Positions 1 to 7,421 of a stretch of 25,975 nt of DNA are shown piece after piece. The translations under genes and the position numbers were made by a program. This DNA comes from a virus (lineage: Duplodnaviria; Caudoviricetes). The notes beneath the pieces are model-generated. The model had not been told where the DNA came from. It saw only the letters and a list, made by a program, of their open reading frames with translations, and did not search any database. The stretch spans positions 1 through 25,975 of IMG/VR virus record IMGVR_UViG_3300037851_000039; one strand, 5' to 3'. The stretch's first letter is position 1; each line of letters begins with the position of its first letter.

Positions 1-240
1 ATGAAATACGACCCCATCAAAAGCCTTAACAAAGAGGTAGAAAGGAAACTATGGACACCCATAATACTAGGAGTAGTAATAGTACTACTATTAGTCCCCG
101 CGATGATAGCGACCCTTCTTTATTTCAAAGAAGAAATAGACGCTTTTTCTATGAAACATCCGGTATTACTTGCAATTTGCTTCCTGGTTCCGGGTACGTG
201 GGGATGGGTGGTGTATGGGCGCAGAAATAATCTTTGGTAA
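1..240 (+). CDS. small membrane protein, two predicted TM helices (start may lie upstream of window)
   Basis: Two hydrophobic stretches (LWTPIILGVVIVLLLVPAMIATLLYF; VLLAICFLVPGTWGWVVY), basic C-terminus. Confidence 0.55.
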   Translation: MKYDPIKSLNKEVERKLWTPIILGVVIVLLLVPAMIATLLYFKEEIDAFSMKHPVLLAICFLVPGTWGWVVYGRRNNLW

Positions 241-253
241 AACCATAAACACA

Positions 254-445
254 ATGAAAACACAGAATGAGCAAATTTTGGCCTTTTTGAAAAAGGGCAA
301 GAAGATCACCCCTCTGGATGCTTTGGACAGGTTCCAATGCTTCCGTATCGCCAGCCGTGTGAATGAGCTTCGGGAGCAAGGCTACAACATCAAAACGGAA
401 ATGATTAAACGTAACGGCAAACGCTATGCCCAGTACAGCCTATGA
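254..445 (+). CDS. small phage winged-HTH DNA-binding protein
   Basis: ATG at 254; TQNEQILAFL...ITPLDAL..F.CFRIASRVNELR..GYNI is a common small phage HTH pattern; ATGA overlap with next gene. Confidence 0.75.
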   Translation: MKTQNEQILAFLKKGKKITPLDALDRFQCFRIASRVNELREQGYNIKTEMIKRNGKRYAQYSL

Positions 446-1863
446 ACTTAACAATAGAAAACCCTATGGAAGCCTTAAAGCAAACAAAACTATTTGAAGA
501 CAAAATTGAATTGATAGCAGTGCCGTCAGTTATTGGTTCTGGCTACGAAACGCAAGTAGCTAAATTAGCATTAGAGGATAAGGTTGCATACCGTGCTGCA
601 AGGAAAAATATGCAGATACACTCAGCTATCATTTTAAAGATCAATGGTGAGTTTTCTGGCTTTTTTACATTTCAAGTTAATCATGAAGTAAAAGAGTTTT
701 GCCTACTTCAATCGGCCATGCTTTTGGATAGAAAAGATAAGGCCATTTATAGTATGATGGTTCAGGAAATCATAAAACAAAACCAATACGGTTATCCTAT
801 GGTAATGACTGTATCACAAAAGCATGACCTAGAATGTCCGTCAGTATTTGCCGCTATTGGATTTAAAGAATATTTGAACCTTAGTGGGTATTCATACATG
901 GTTTATGGAACACTTGAGCAGGTAAGAATGAAACGCCTTGCCCATGCTACTATGACAAATGTCTGGAACTCAACTAAGGGCGATTGGCTAAAAATGAAAC
1001 GCGAATGGAATGAACGAATAGAAGAAGCTGGTCGAAAGCATGGCGTAGAAAATCCTAAGTATGCTTCACGTGAAGGCGCATGGCAAGGTGAAAATGGTAT
1101 GGCTAACGTAGTTTTGGCAAAGCAAAGTGTACAGGGTGACGAAATAAAAGACGACCGGAGCAAGTCATTGAATCACAACGTTTCGGTACTTGACCCCGTT
1201 GCGTGTGAGGTTATACTTCGTTTTTTTATGCCGACTGATGGCGTCAGGGTGTATAATCCATTTGGCGGCGGTGTCCAAATGGGTTTTGTAACCGGATGGT
1301 ATACATACGAATACCTTTCAAGTGAAATAAGACAAAACCAATGCGATGCAAATAATGCCATTTGCAAGGATTTCTATAACACCAAATGGCTAAAGTCTGA
1401 CACCTCAAAGTTCACGCCAAAGCAAAAATATGATCTTATATTTACCTGTCCGCCCTATTACCAAGTTGAGGATTATTTGGACTATGATGGAACCCCACCA
1501 GACGGTGAACTAAATTCGTTACCAACGTACGAAGAATTTAGAGACACACTTTTTAAGGGCTACAAAAACGCCATAGACGTACTAAATAATAACTGCTTTT
1601 TTGTTGTTATGACTGGGGATAGTCGAGATAAAAATGGCGCGTACTATGGGTGTGAGGCTGAGCATGAGCTGTTTTTTAAACAGCAGGGGCTACACATTTA
1701 CAATAAGATAGTGTATTTAGAGTCTGAATTTACACGGCTAGCCCATGCAAAGCGTACATTGGATTATCGGAAATTCCCCAAGCGTGAGCAAAAGATACTT
1801 GTCTTTTTCAAGGGTGACATGAAAACAATTAAGGACAGGTTCCCCAAGATTGGTAGGCTATGA
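442..1863 (+). CDS. DNA amino-methyltransferase (N6-A/N4-C) with N-terminal GNAT-like domain
   Basis: SAM-binding motif I VYNPFGGG, catalytic motif IV DLIFTCPPY, downstream FFVVMTGDSR; first ~160 aa show GNAT-like strand/helix pattern (INGEFSGFFTF...LDRKDKAIYSMMV...FAAIGFKE). Confidence 0.75.
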   Translation: MNLTIENPMEALKQTKLFEDKIELIAVPSVIGSGYETQVAKLALEDKVAYRAARKNMQIHSAIILKINGEFSGFFTFQVNHEVKEFCLLQSAMLLDRKDKAIYSMMVQEIIKQNQYGYPMVMTVSQKHDLECPSVFAAIGFKEYLNLSGYSYMVYGTLEQVRMKRLAHATMTNVWNSTKGDWLKMKREWNERIEEAGRKHGVENPKYASREGAWQGENGMANVVLAKQSVQGDEIKDDRSKSLNHNVSVLDPVACEVILRFFMPTDGVRVYNPFGGGVQMGFVTGWYTYEYLSSEIRQNQCDANNAICKDFYNTKWLKSDTSKFTPKQKYDLIFTCPPYYQVEDYLDYDGTPPDGELNSLPTYEEFRDTLFKGYKNAIDVLNNNCFFVVMTGDSRDKNGAYYGCEAEHELFFKQQGLHIYNKIVYLESEFTRLAHAKRTLDYRKFPKREQKILVFFKGDMKTIKDRFPKIGRL

Positions 1864-2657
1864 AAACTTATCAGCCATATATAAGCCTACAAAAAAACGG
1901 CAGGGGCATATGGGATTTAGACGTCTCAAAAGGTTGTGCAAATGGTATGTCTGAACCTGGTGGATGTTATGGCGAGTGCTATGCCGCTAAATCAGCCGCA
2001 AGGCGTGGTATAGATTTCTCAACAACGGTTTTGCGTCATTTCAAAAACAGGGCGCACCAAGAGCAAATAATAAGAGATATAAACCGTGCCGACATGAAGT
2101 TCATAAGGATTGGTTGTAGTGGTGACCCTTCAGAAAATTGGGAACATACATTTACAATACTTAGGAAAATCCAAAGTGTAAATAAAGAAATCGTGATAAT
2201 CACTAAGCATTGGGAAGATATGCCTGAAAAGCTGTTACATGAGTTATGTGGGTTTAATGTTTGCATTAATACGTCTGTTTCGGCTTTAAATGTTCAGTCG
2301 CTGACCCATTGTGTAAATCAGTTTAATCGGTTAAAGCCATTTTGTAAATCGGTTCTAAGGATTGTTTCATGTGATTTTAACCAAGAAAACGAAATGGGGA
2401 GGCGGTTATCTAGAATACAGGATGAGTTATTTAAAAACTCACCTGTAGTTGATACCGTGTTTAGGGTTTCAAAGAAAAGCCATTGGGTTACTAATGGTAT
2501 CATAAACATCAAAAAAGCAAGGTTTATGCGTTCAGTACAATACATTAGCAAAAGAAACCGTAAAACATATTTAGGCAAGTGTGCCCCATGTAAAGAACAA
2601 TGCGGTATATTCAATGATGTTTTGCGCGTTAGTCAACCTCAACTCTCCCTCATATGA
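1860..2657 (+). CDS. radical-SAM-like Fe-S protein
   Basis: N-terminal GC-X9-C-X3-CYA, IRIGCSGDP, IVIITKH, INTSVS barrel-like strands, C-terminal CxxCxxxC; ATGA-coupled to the MTase. Confidence 0.6.
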   Translation: MKTYQPYISLQKNGRGIWDLDVSKGCANGMSEPGGCYGECYAAKSAARRGIDFSTTVLRHFKNRAHQEQIIRDINRADMKFIRIGCSGDPSENWEHTFTILRKIQSVNKEIVIITKHWEDMPEKLLHELCGFNVCINTSVSALNVQSLTHCVNQFNRLKPFCKSVLRIVSCDFNQENEMGRRLSRIQDELFKNSPVVDTVFRVSKKSHWVTNGIINIKKARFMRSVQYISKRNRKTYLGKCAPCKEQCGIFNDVLRVSQPQLSLI

Positions 2658-2851
2658 GCCGTTCATCCTCAGGGGACACTGGGGGCGTTGACCCTTACAC
2701 CCTACCTGCTTTTTATACCGTTCATTGGTTCAGCCAAAGACAGATATACACCCCTAAGGCAAGGGCTGAATTTAGGAGACGGGAGATAAAAGAAGAAAAG
2801 CAACTGGCACTAAGGGGAAAGGCTGACCTGGTTAACTGGAAGATAAAATGA
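2654..2851 (+). CDS. hypothetical protein
   Basis: 65 aa, ATGA overlaps at both ends. Confidence 0.5.
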   Translation: MSRSSSGDTGGVDPYTLPAFYTVHWFSQRQIYTPKARAEFRRREIKEEKQLALRGKADLVNWKIK

Positions 2852-3417
2852 GGGTCTTGGTAGCGTGCGAGGAAAGTCAGGCGGTCTGTATAGAGTTCCG
2901 CAAATTAGGCCACGAGGCTTATTCCTGTGACCTTTTACCGTGTTCAGGCGGTCACCCTGAGTGGCACATTCAGGACGATGTAACCAGGGTTTTGGGGCAT
3001 CCATTGGACTTACTGTGGGACTTGGTGATAGCGTTTCCACCGTGTACCGATTTGTCCGTAAGCGGGGCCAAGTGGTTTGAGCAAAAGCGTAAGGACGGCA
3101 GGCAACAGCGTTCTATTGACTTCTTCATGATGTTTGCCAACAGGCCTGGGAAATGGGCTATTGAAAACCCCGTTGGTATTATGTCCACCTTGTACCGGAA
3201 GCCAGACCAGATCATTCAGCCCTGGCAGTTTGGACACGGGGAAACTAAGGCGACCTGTTTATGGCTTAATAACCTACCCAAACTTGAACCTACCGATATA
3301 GTCGAAGGCAGGGAGCAAAGGATTTGGAAGATGGCCCCAGGGCCGGACAGGGCTAAATTGAGGTCTAAGACCTTCCCCGGAATTGCAAAGGCTATGGCTA
3401 ATCAATGGGGTGTATGA
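2848..3417 (+). CDS. short phage-type C5 DNA cytosine methyltransferase
   Basis: RVLVACEES (motif I variant), AYSCDL, catalytic FPPCT, ENP motif VI, RSKTFPGIAKAMANQWG end typical of the compact phage family. Confidence 0.85.
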   Translation: MRVLVACEESQAVCIEFRKLGHEAYSCDLLPCSGGHPEWHIQDDVTRVLGHPLDLLWDLVIAFPPCTDLSVSGAKWFEQKRKDGRQQRSIDFFMMFANRPGKWAIENPVGIMSTLYRKPDQIIQPWQFGHGETKATCLWLNNLPKLEPTDIVEGREQRIWKMAPGPDRAKLRSKTFPGIAKAMANQWGV

Positions 3418-3596
3418 CCGACCTGGAGATCGTTAGGCTCATTTCAGAGGGTTACAGGCAGAAGGAGATGGCCGCAATAAAGGGTTGCCCTGTTAGTTCA
3501 ATGGAGACGACTATAACCCGTTTAAGGAGGAAATACGGGGCTAAGTCCATGTCACATTTGGTTACTATCTTTTGGCGAAATGGTTGGTTAAAGTGA
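3414..3596 (+). CDS. LuxR/GerE-type HTH regulator
   Basis: ATG 3414 overlapping previous stop; EIVRLISEGYRQKEMA....SSMETTITRLRRKYGAKS..HLV....RNGWL. Confidence 0.8.
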   Translation: MTDLEIVRLISEGYRQKEMAAIKGCPVSSMETTITRLRRKYGAKSMSHLVTIFWRNGWLK

Positions 3597-4345
3597 TAAC
3601 AGTAAACAGTTTATCCGGGGGCAAGACCTCCTCTTATATGGCCGTACATTACCCGGCTGATTACAACGTTTTTGCCCTTGTAACCATTGAAGACCCGAGA
3701 TGCTCCCCGAAAGACAAGGAATTGATTAAATGGGTATCTGACAAGCTCGGAAAGGAGTTTATAGCCACAGCAGAAGATGACCTTACCCTATTGGCCATGA
3801 GGGATTTAGAGCAGATTATAGGCAGGGAAATAAAGTGGCTGACGGGAAAGAGTTTCGACCGCACCACAAACAGGAGAAAGCACCTAGCAAATATCGAATG
3901 GCGGTATTGTACGCTAGAGATGAAAATAAGGCCCATAATGAAATTCTGCAAGAAGTTAGGCCCGGTGGAGATGAACATTGGATTCCGTTATGACGAGAAG
4001 GAGAGGGGCGGAAATTTCAACGTAGAGCAGGGATGGAGGTCTGTTAAATTCCCTTTGATTGACGCTAAAATAGGGCATTATACAGTGTACCAATGGGCGC
4101 AAAAGTCCGGATTGGTATTCCCTGTTGACTCTAACTGCGTGGGGTGCTTTTGGAAGCCATTACAACAACTTAGGAAGAATTGGGATGACAACCCAGAAAA
4201 GATGCAGTGGTTTGCCGATCAGGAGGCTAACGGACGTAGGTGGAAAAAAGACATGACTTATGAAAACATTAAAAAAATAGGATTACAGGAGGAGTTTCAC
4301 TTCGGTACTGGTGCTGGATGCCAGGCCGGATATTGTACTGATTAG
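3593..4345 (+). CDS. phage PAPS-reductase/DndC-like PP-loop protein
   Basis: GTG 3593 overlapping previous stop; PP-loop SLSGGKTS, RYCTLEMKI, IGFRYDE, FPLI, SNCVGCF, C-terminal CQAGYC. Confidence 0.8.
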   Translation: MITVNSLSGGKTSSYMAVHYPADYNVFALVTIEDPRCSPKDKELIKWVSDKLGKEFIATAEDDLTLLAMRDLEQIIGREIKWLTGKSFDRTTNRRKHLANIEWRYCTLEMKIRPIMKFCKKLGPVEMNIGFRYDEKERGGNFNVEQGWRSVKFPLIDAKIGHYTVYQWAQKSGLVFPVDSNCVGCFWKPLQQLRKNWDDNPEKMQWFADQEANGRRWKKDMTYENIKKIGLQEEFHFGTGAGCQAGYCTD

Positions 4346-4426
4346 GGGCGCATCAAATCTTTAAAGCGATAAAATGAATATGAGCCGTGAACAAAATAGG
4401 GCTAAATGTTTGTAATAATGAACATT

Positions 4427-4522
4427 GGGGGCCGGGTTGGAAGTTAACCGGGTATGCGGGGTGTCTTCGTGGTTGTCGGCATCACGTCCGCGCACTTAAA
4501 CTAACTGACGGGCCTCCTTTTT
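4427..4522 (+). ncRNA. candidate structured RNA / long terminator hairpin
   Basis: Nested helices GGGGGCC/GGCCTCC, GGTTGG/CTAACT, TGCGG/CCGCG, GGTGTC/GGCATC with several G-U pairs, followed by T5. Confidence 0.5.
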
Positions 4523-4526
4523 AAGA

Positions 4527-4557
4527 TTTGGATAAGTCAATAATTCGTTTATATTTG
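4527..4557 (+). promoter_or_regulatory. Bacteroidota-type primary sigma promoter
   Basis: TTTG (4527-4530), 19-nt spacer, TATATTTG (4550-4557): exact match to the -33/-7 consensus TTTG-N19-21-TAnnTTTG. Confidence 0.8.
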
Positions 4558-4562
4558 CCCTT

Positions 4563-4664
4563 GCTAGACTCTTATGAATATTAAAAGAATCCCCCCTTCT
4601 GGTTGTGTCCTTTTAGGCGAATCTCGCCGGGGTCTAGCCGCAACTGGATCGGGGGTATTTTTTT
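4563..4664 (+). promoter_or_regulatory. structured 5' leader / attenuator of the replication gene
   Basis: Stem CCCCC.TCTGGTTGTG / CGCAACTGGA..GGGGG enclosing hairpin GGCGA-ATC-TCGCC, then T7; second helix 4563-4572 with 4629-4638. Confidence 0.55.
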
Positions 4665-4667
4665 GCT

Positions 4668-5333
4668 ATGGCTTCTAAAAGAATGCTTAAAGATTGGACA
4701 GCGTCCGAGAAAATGGACAAACTCACCCCTGAGGCTGAGGTATTTTTTGTCAGGCTGATAATGAAAGCTGACGATTTTGGAAACTACACGGCTAACATAA
4801 AACTAATCCGTTCGGCTCTTTTCCCATTGAAGGAATACAATGATTACCAGATAACTGAGTGGTTATACGAGTGCCAAGCCGCCGGATTATTGTTTGGATA
4901 TCAGGCAGAAGGCCGCAGGTTTATACACATCAACAACTTTGACCAAAAGTTACGGCGGATGCACGCAGCATACCCGCCGCCACCTGACGGACAAGTGCGG
5001 ACAAGTGACGGACAAGTTAATCCACCTGACGGACAAGTGACGGACAAACGACCGCCTGAAGAGAAGAGAAGTAGAATAGAAGAAGAAGAAGAGAACGAGA
5101 AGACGCGCGAATGGTTCAATAGCTGTTTGGATGATATGTTTAAAGAAACCCTACAAATGACCCACAAAGGCAAAAGCATTGAACAGGCGGCGGCAGAGGC
5201 CTGGGTTTATCTATCGGCAGACAAAAACAGGTTGCGCGCGGCGGACGCGTCAGACGTTAAAAAGCTGGTTAATACCTGGATGGGCAATATGAAGACGGGT
5301 AAGGTCAAATCATTCAATCTGAGCGATATATGA
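4668..5333 (+). CDS. phage replication initiator (replisome organiser-like)
   Basis: N-terminal RMLKDWTASEKMDKL...FFVRLIMKADDFG pattern of phage replication proteins, Pro/charged linker containing iterons, helical C-domain. Confidence 0.7.
   Translation: MASKRMLKDWTASEKMDKLTPEAEVFFVRLIMKADDFGNYTANIKLIRSALFPLKEYNDYQITEWLYECQAAGLLFGYQAEGRRFIHINNFDQKLRRMHAAYPPPPDGQVRTSDGQVNPPDGQVTDKRPPEEKRSRIEEEEENEKTREWFNSCLDDMFKETLQMTHKGKSIEQAAAEAWVYLSADKNRLRAADASDVKKLVNTWMGNMKTGKVKSFNLSDI
4980..5103 (+). repeat. iterons plus purine tract: putative replication origin
   Basis: CGGACAA at 4988, 4998, 5009, 5030, 5041; CCACCTGACGGACAAGTG at 4980 and 5022; GA-rich tract 5058-5103. Confidence 0.7.
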
Positions 5334-5908
5334 AAGCCTTTTTCAAACAATGCTTGGATGAATTGGAGCAGATAAACGGATGCCGCCAGTTGTTCTACAT
5401 TCAGTCAGATCCTGACGGGAAGAAGAAGATAGAGGTTTTACTGGCCGGTATGATAGAAGCCTCTAATCAGTTCCCCTATATCCCACAGGAGGCGCAGGAG
5501 GGGATAATTAAAAAAATGATGCGTCAGGATCAAGATTATCAGGAATTGAATAGTAGAACGATTTGGAAGTGGTTAGATTTACACAAGGGCAAATACCAGT
5601 TGGAGCCTAACAAGGAAGAATATCCGATACAGACCAATGAATTGTCGGAGGAAACCAAGCGGATGATTAAGGACTATTTGAACGAGTTGGCTACTGGTTT
5701 CAAGATACCGCCCATGACAAGACAGGACATTGAACGGGAAGGACAGGAGAGGCTAAAAATGAAGGGAGCAAGTTATATACCTAACCCTGAGTATGCGGTT
5801 GAAAGGATATTGCACGTTGAGTATTTGAAAGCAAATTACCATCCAATAACTCAGGAGAGGCTGCCTGGGTGGATGAGTGAAAATGAATGGCTTAAACTAA
5901 ACAGATAA
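5330..5908 (+). CDS. hypothetical protein (position suggests replication accessory/helicase loader)
   Basis: 192 aa, ATGA-coupled to the initiator; no motif recognised. Confidence 0.55.
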   Translation: MKAFFKQCLDELEQINGCRQLFYIQSDPDGKKKIEVLLAGMIEASNQFPYIPQEAQEGIIKKMMRQDQDYQELNSRTIWKWLDLHKGKYQLEPNKEEYPIQTNELSEETKRMIKDYLNELATGFKIPPMTRQDIEREGQERLKMKGASYIPNPEYAVERILHVEYLKANYHPITQERLPGWMSENEWLKLNR

Positions 5909-5949
5909 CCTATGACAAAACGATAAAGACGTTTTAGGTAAATTTTGAC

Positions 5950-6159
5950 TAACCCCGAAAATATATGACCATAGAAGAATTTAACAACACGCAATTTGGT
6001 AATAGCATGAAGGTCATTTACAGGGGTGAAGAAAACGACATTGTATCAGTTGACTTTGAGGAATCACTGATTGGTATTGGAATAGAGGGTGGTGAAGAAG
6101 GAGAAATCCACTGGGTAAGGTGTGAGAATGTAGAATTAGTTAACCCCGAAAAGATATGA
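5950..6159 (+). repeat. 19-bp direct repeats flanking a small gene
   Basis: TAACCCCGAAAATATATGA (5950-5968) and TAACCCCGAAAAGATATGA (6141-6159), 18/19 identical. Confidence 0.75.
5965..6159 (+). CDS. hypothetical acidic small protein
   Basis: 64 aa beta-rich ORF, ATGA overlap with next gene. Confidence 0.65.
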   Translation: MTIEEFNNTQFGNSMKVIYRGEENDIVSVDFEESLIGIGIEGGEEGEIHWVRCENVELVNPEKI

Positions 6160-6422
6160 GCGCAGAGCAATTGGCTAGAATGGTTTTCTATAATAACAGT
6201 GTTGCAAACGCTTACGAGCCGGCAATCAAGGATAATGAATTGATTAGTTTGTATACCGGATATATCGAATCCTACGCCCGCGAGGTGGCGGAGAAATTTG
6301 GAATTTGGCTTTTTTCTGTTTGGGACAACAACAATACCAATGGAATTGCAATGAGTAAAGAAAAAGAAATGGAACACTTATTCGCCAAGTTCAAAGACCA
6401 AAAACAGAAAGAGGTATGTTAA
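6156..6422 (+). CDS. hypothetical protein
   Basis: 88 aa ORF coupled to the upstream gene. Confidence 0.6.
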   Translation: MSAEQLARMVFYNNSVANAYEPAIKDNELISLYTGYIESYAREVAEKFGIWLFSVWDNNNTNGIAMSKEKEMEHLFAKFKDQKQKEVC

Positions 6423-6643
6423 AGACGGCAAACTGTATTCCTTCAAGGAGGGAACGAAGTCGCCGGAGAAGCCCATACAGGGCAGGGTTACGGTACTAGG
6501 TTTAGAGAATCACACAAAGAACCCATAGAATTATTGCAATCAAAACTCGACCGCCTTGAGCAGTTGGAGAAGGAGAACGACCGTGGGGAACTTGAGCGTT
6601 AAGAGAACGAGGAACTTAAAAATCGGAAATAAACCGATTATCT

Positions 6644-6859
6644 ATGAACAAAACAACACCAAATATGACAATCAAAACAGGCTGTGACGATGAACTGAAA
6701 GACCTCACATGGTACATCGAACCGGGAATGAGAGTCTTTGCCGAAAATGAACAAGAGGAAACGGTGGTATCAATAGACCCCGAAGATTTCCTAGCCATTG
6801 CCGATGCTATCAGGGGGATGCAGAAAAGAGAGATTGAAAACGAAAAACTAAAACAATGA
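6644..6859 (+). CDS. hypothetical protein
   Basis: 71 aa acidic ORF on the coding strand. Confidence 0.6.
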   Translation: MNKTTPNMTIKTGCDDELKDLTWYIEPGMRVFAENEQEETVVSIDPEDFLAIADAIRGMQKREIENEKLKQ

Positions 6860-6984
6860 AACCAAGATACAGGCTTTACTATGCCAAAAATAGAAAAATT
6901 TATCATTTGGGGGGCAGGTTCGACTATTTTGCCGGAAGAACTCCTGACCATTGGGTATGTATATGGATTAGACTTGCAATTTAA
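6856..6984 (+). CDS. hypothetical 42-aa protein
   Basis: ATGA overlap; MKPRYRLYYAKNRKIYHLGGRFDYFAGRTPDHWVCIWIRLAI (hand translation). Confidence 0.45.
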   Translation: MKPRYRLYYAKNRKIYHLGGRFDYFAGRTPDHWVCIWIRLAI

Positions 6985-7004
6985 CCCGATTTTAACTATA
7001 ATTG
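6973..7004 (+). promoter_or_regulatory. putative promoter of the packaging/late operon
   Basis: CTTG, 20-nt spacer, TATAATTG; one mismatch in each Bacteroidota consensus element. Confidence 0.5.
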
Positions 7005-7027
7005 CCCCATGCGCGTAAAGTCCATTT

Positions 7028-7080
7028 AAGGGGCGGAGAATATCTGAACGGGCAACCTAATAAGCGACTCCGCCTTTTTT
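7028..7080 (+). terminator. terminator-like stem with 29-nt loop upstream of terS
   Basis: GGGCGGAG (7031-7038) pairs with CTCCGCCT (7068-7075), T6 tail. Confidence 0.55.
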
Positions 7081-7100
7081 AAAAATCCAATGGGTATCCA

Positions 7101-7421
7101 ATGGCAGAACAACCCGAAAACCTTAAAGGCAAAGACTTTAGAGCCAATCCCCAAAACATCAACACCACAGGGAAAAACAAGGGGGCCAAATGGCTCTCTA
7201 CCCGCCTCAGGGAAATGCTTGAATCCAATGACGGCAGAGACAAACTCCTGACAGCCCTACTCCAGAAAGCCGAAAAAGGAGACGTTAACGCAATAAAGGA
7301 GATATTCGACCGCATTGACGGCAAAGTAACTCAGGAAATAGACCAAAAGACCGAGCATAGTGGAGGTATCCGAATCACCTGGGAAGACCCTAATCCTGGA
7401 CAAGGTAAAAGTACAGATTGA
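7101..7421 (+). CDS. terS: terminase small subunit (DUF5681-like)
   Basis: ENLK..F..NPQNIN..GK.KG N-terminus, KAEKGDVNAIKEIFDRIDGKV.Q motif, directly upstream of terL. Confidence 0.8.
   Translation: MAEQPENLKGKDFRANPQNINTTGKNKGAKWLSTRLREMLESNDGRDKLLTALLQKAEKGDVNAIKEIFDRIDGKVTQEIDQKTEHSGGIRITWEDPNPGQGKSTD

Noticed and set aside
1-240. Holin call for the two-TM protein
   Set aside because: No adjacent endolysin visible and the context is early/modification genes
3593-4345. Complete Dnd/Ssp phosphorothioation system
   Set aside because: No cysteine desulfurase, DndD/E or SspB/C-like genes recognised in the window
4346-4667. tRNA gene in the intergenic region
   Set aside because: No cloverleaf, no TTC T-loop, no CCA end
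4980-5050. Possible CRISPR array or DGR repeat
   Set aside because: Units are ~10 bp with no spacers; no cas or reverse transcriptase gene in the window
7031-7075. Hammerhead ribozyme (CTGA in loop)
   Set aside because: Lacks the CUGANGA/GAAA core and the three-stem junction
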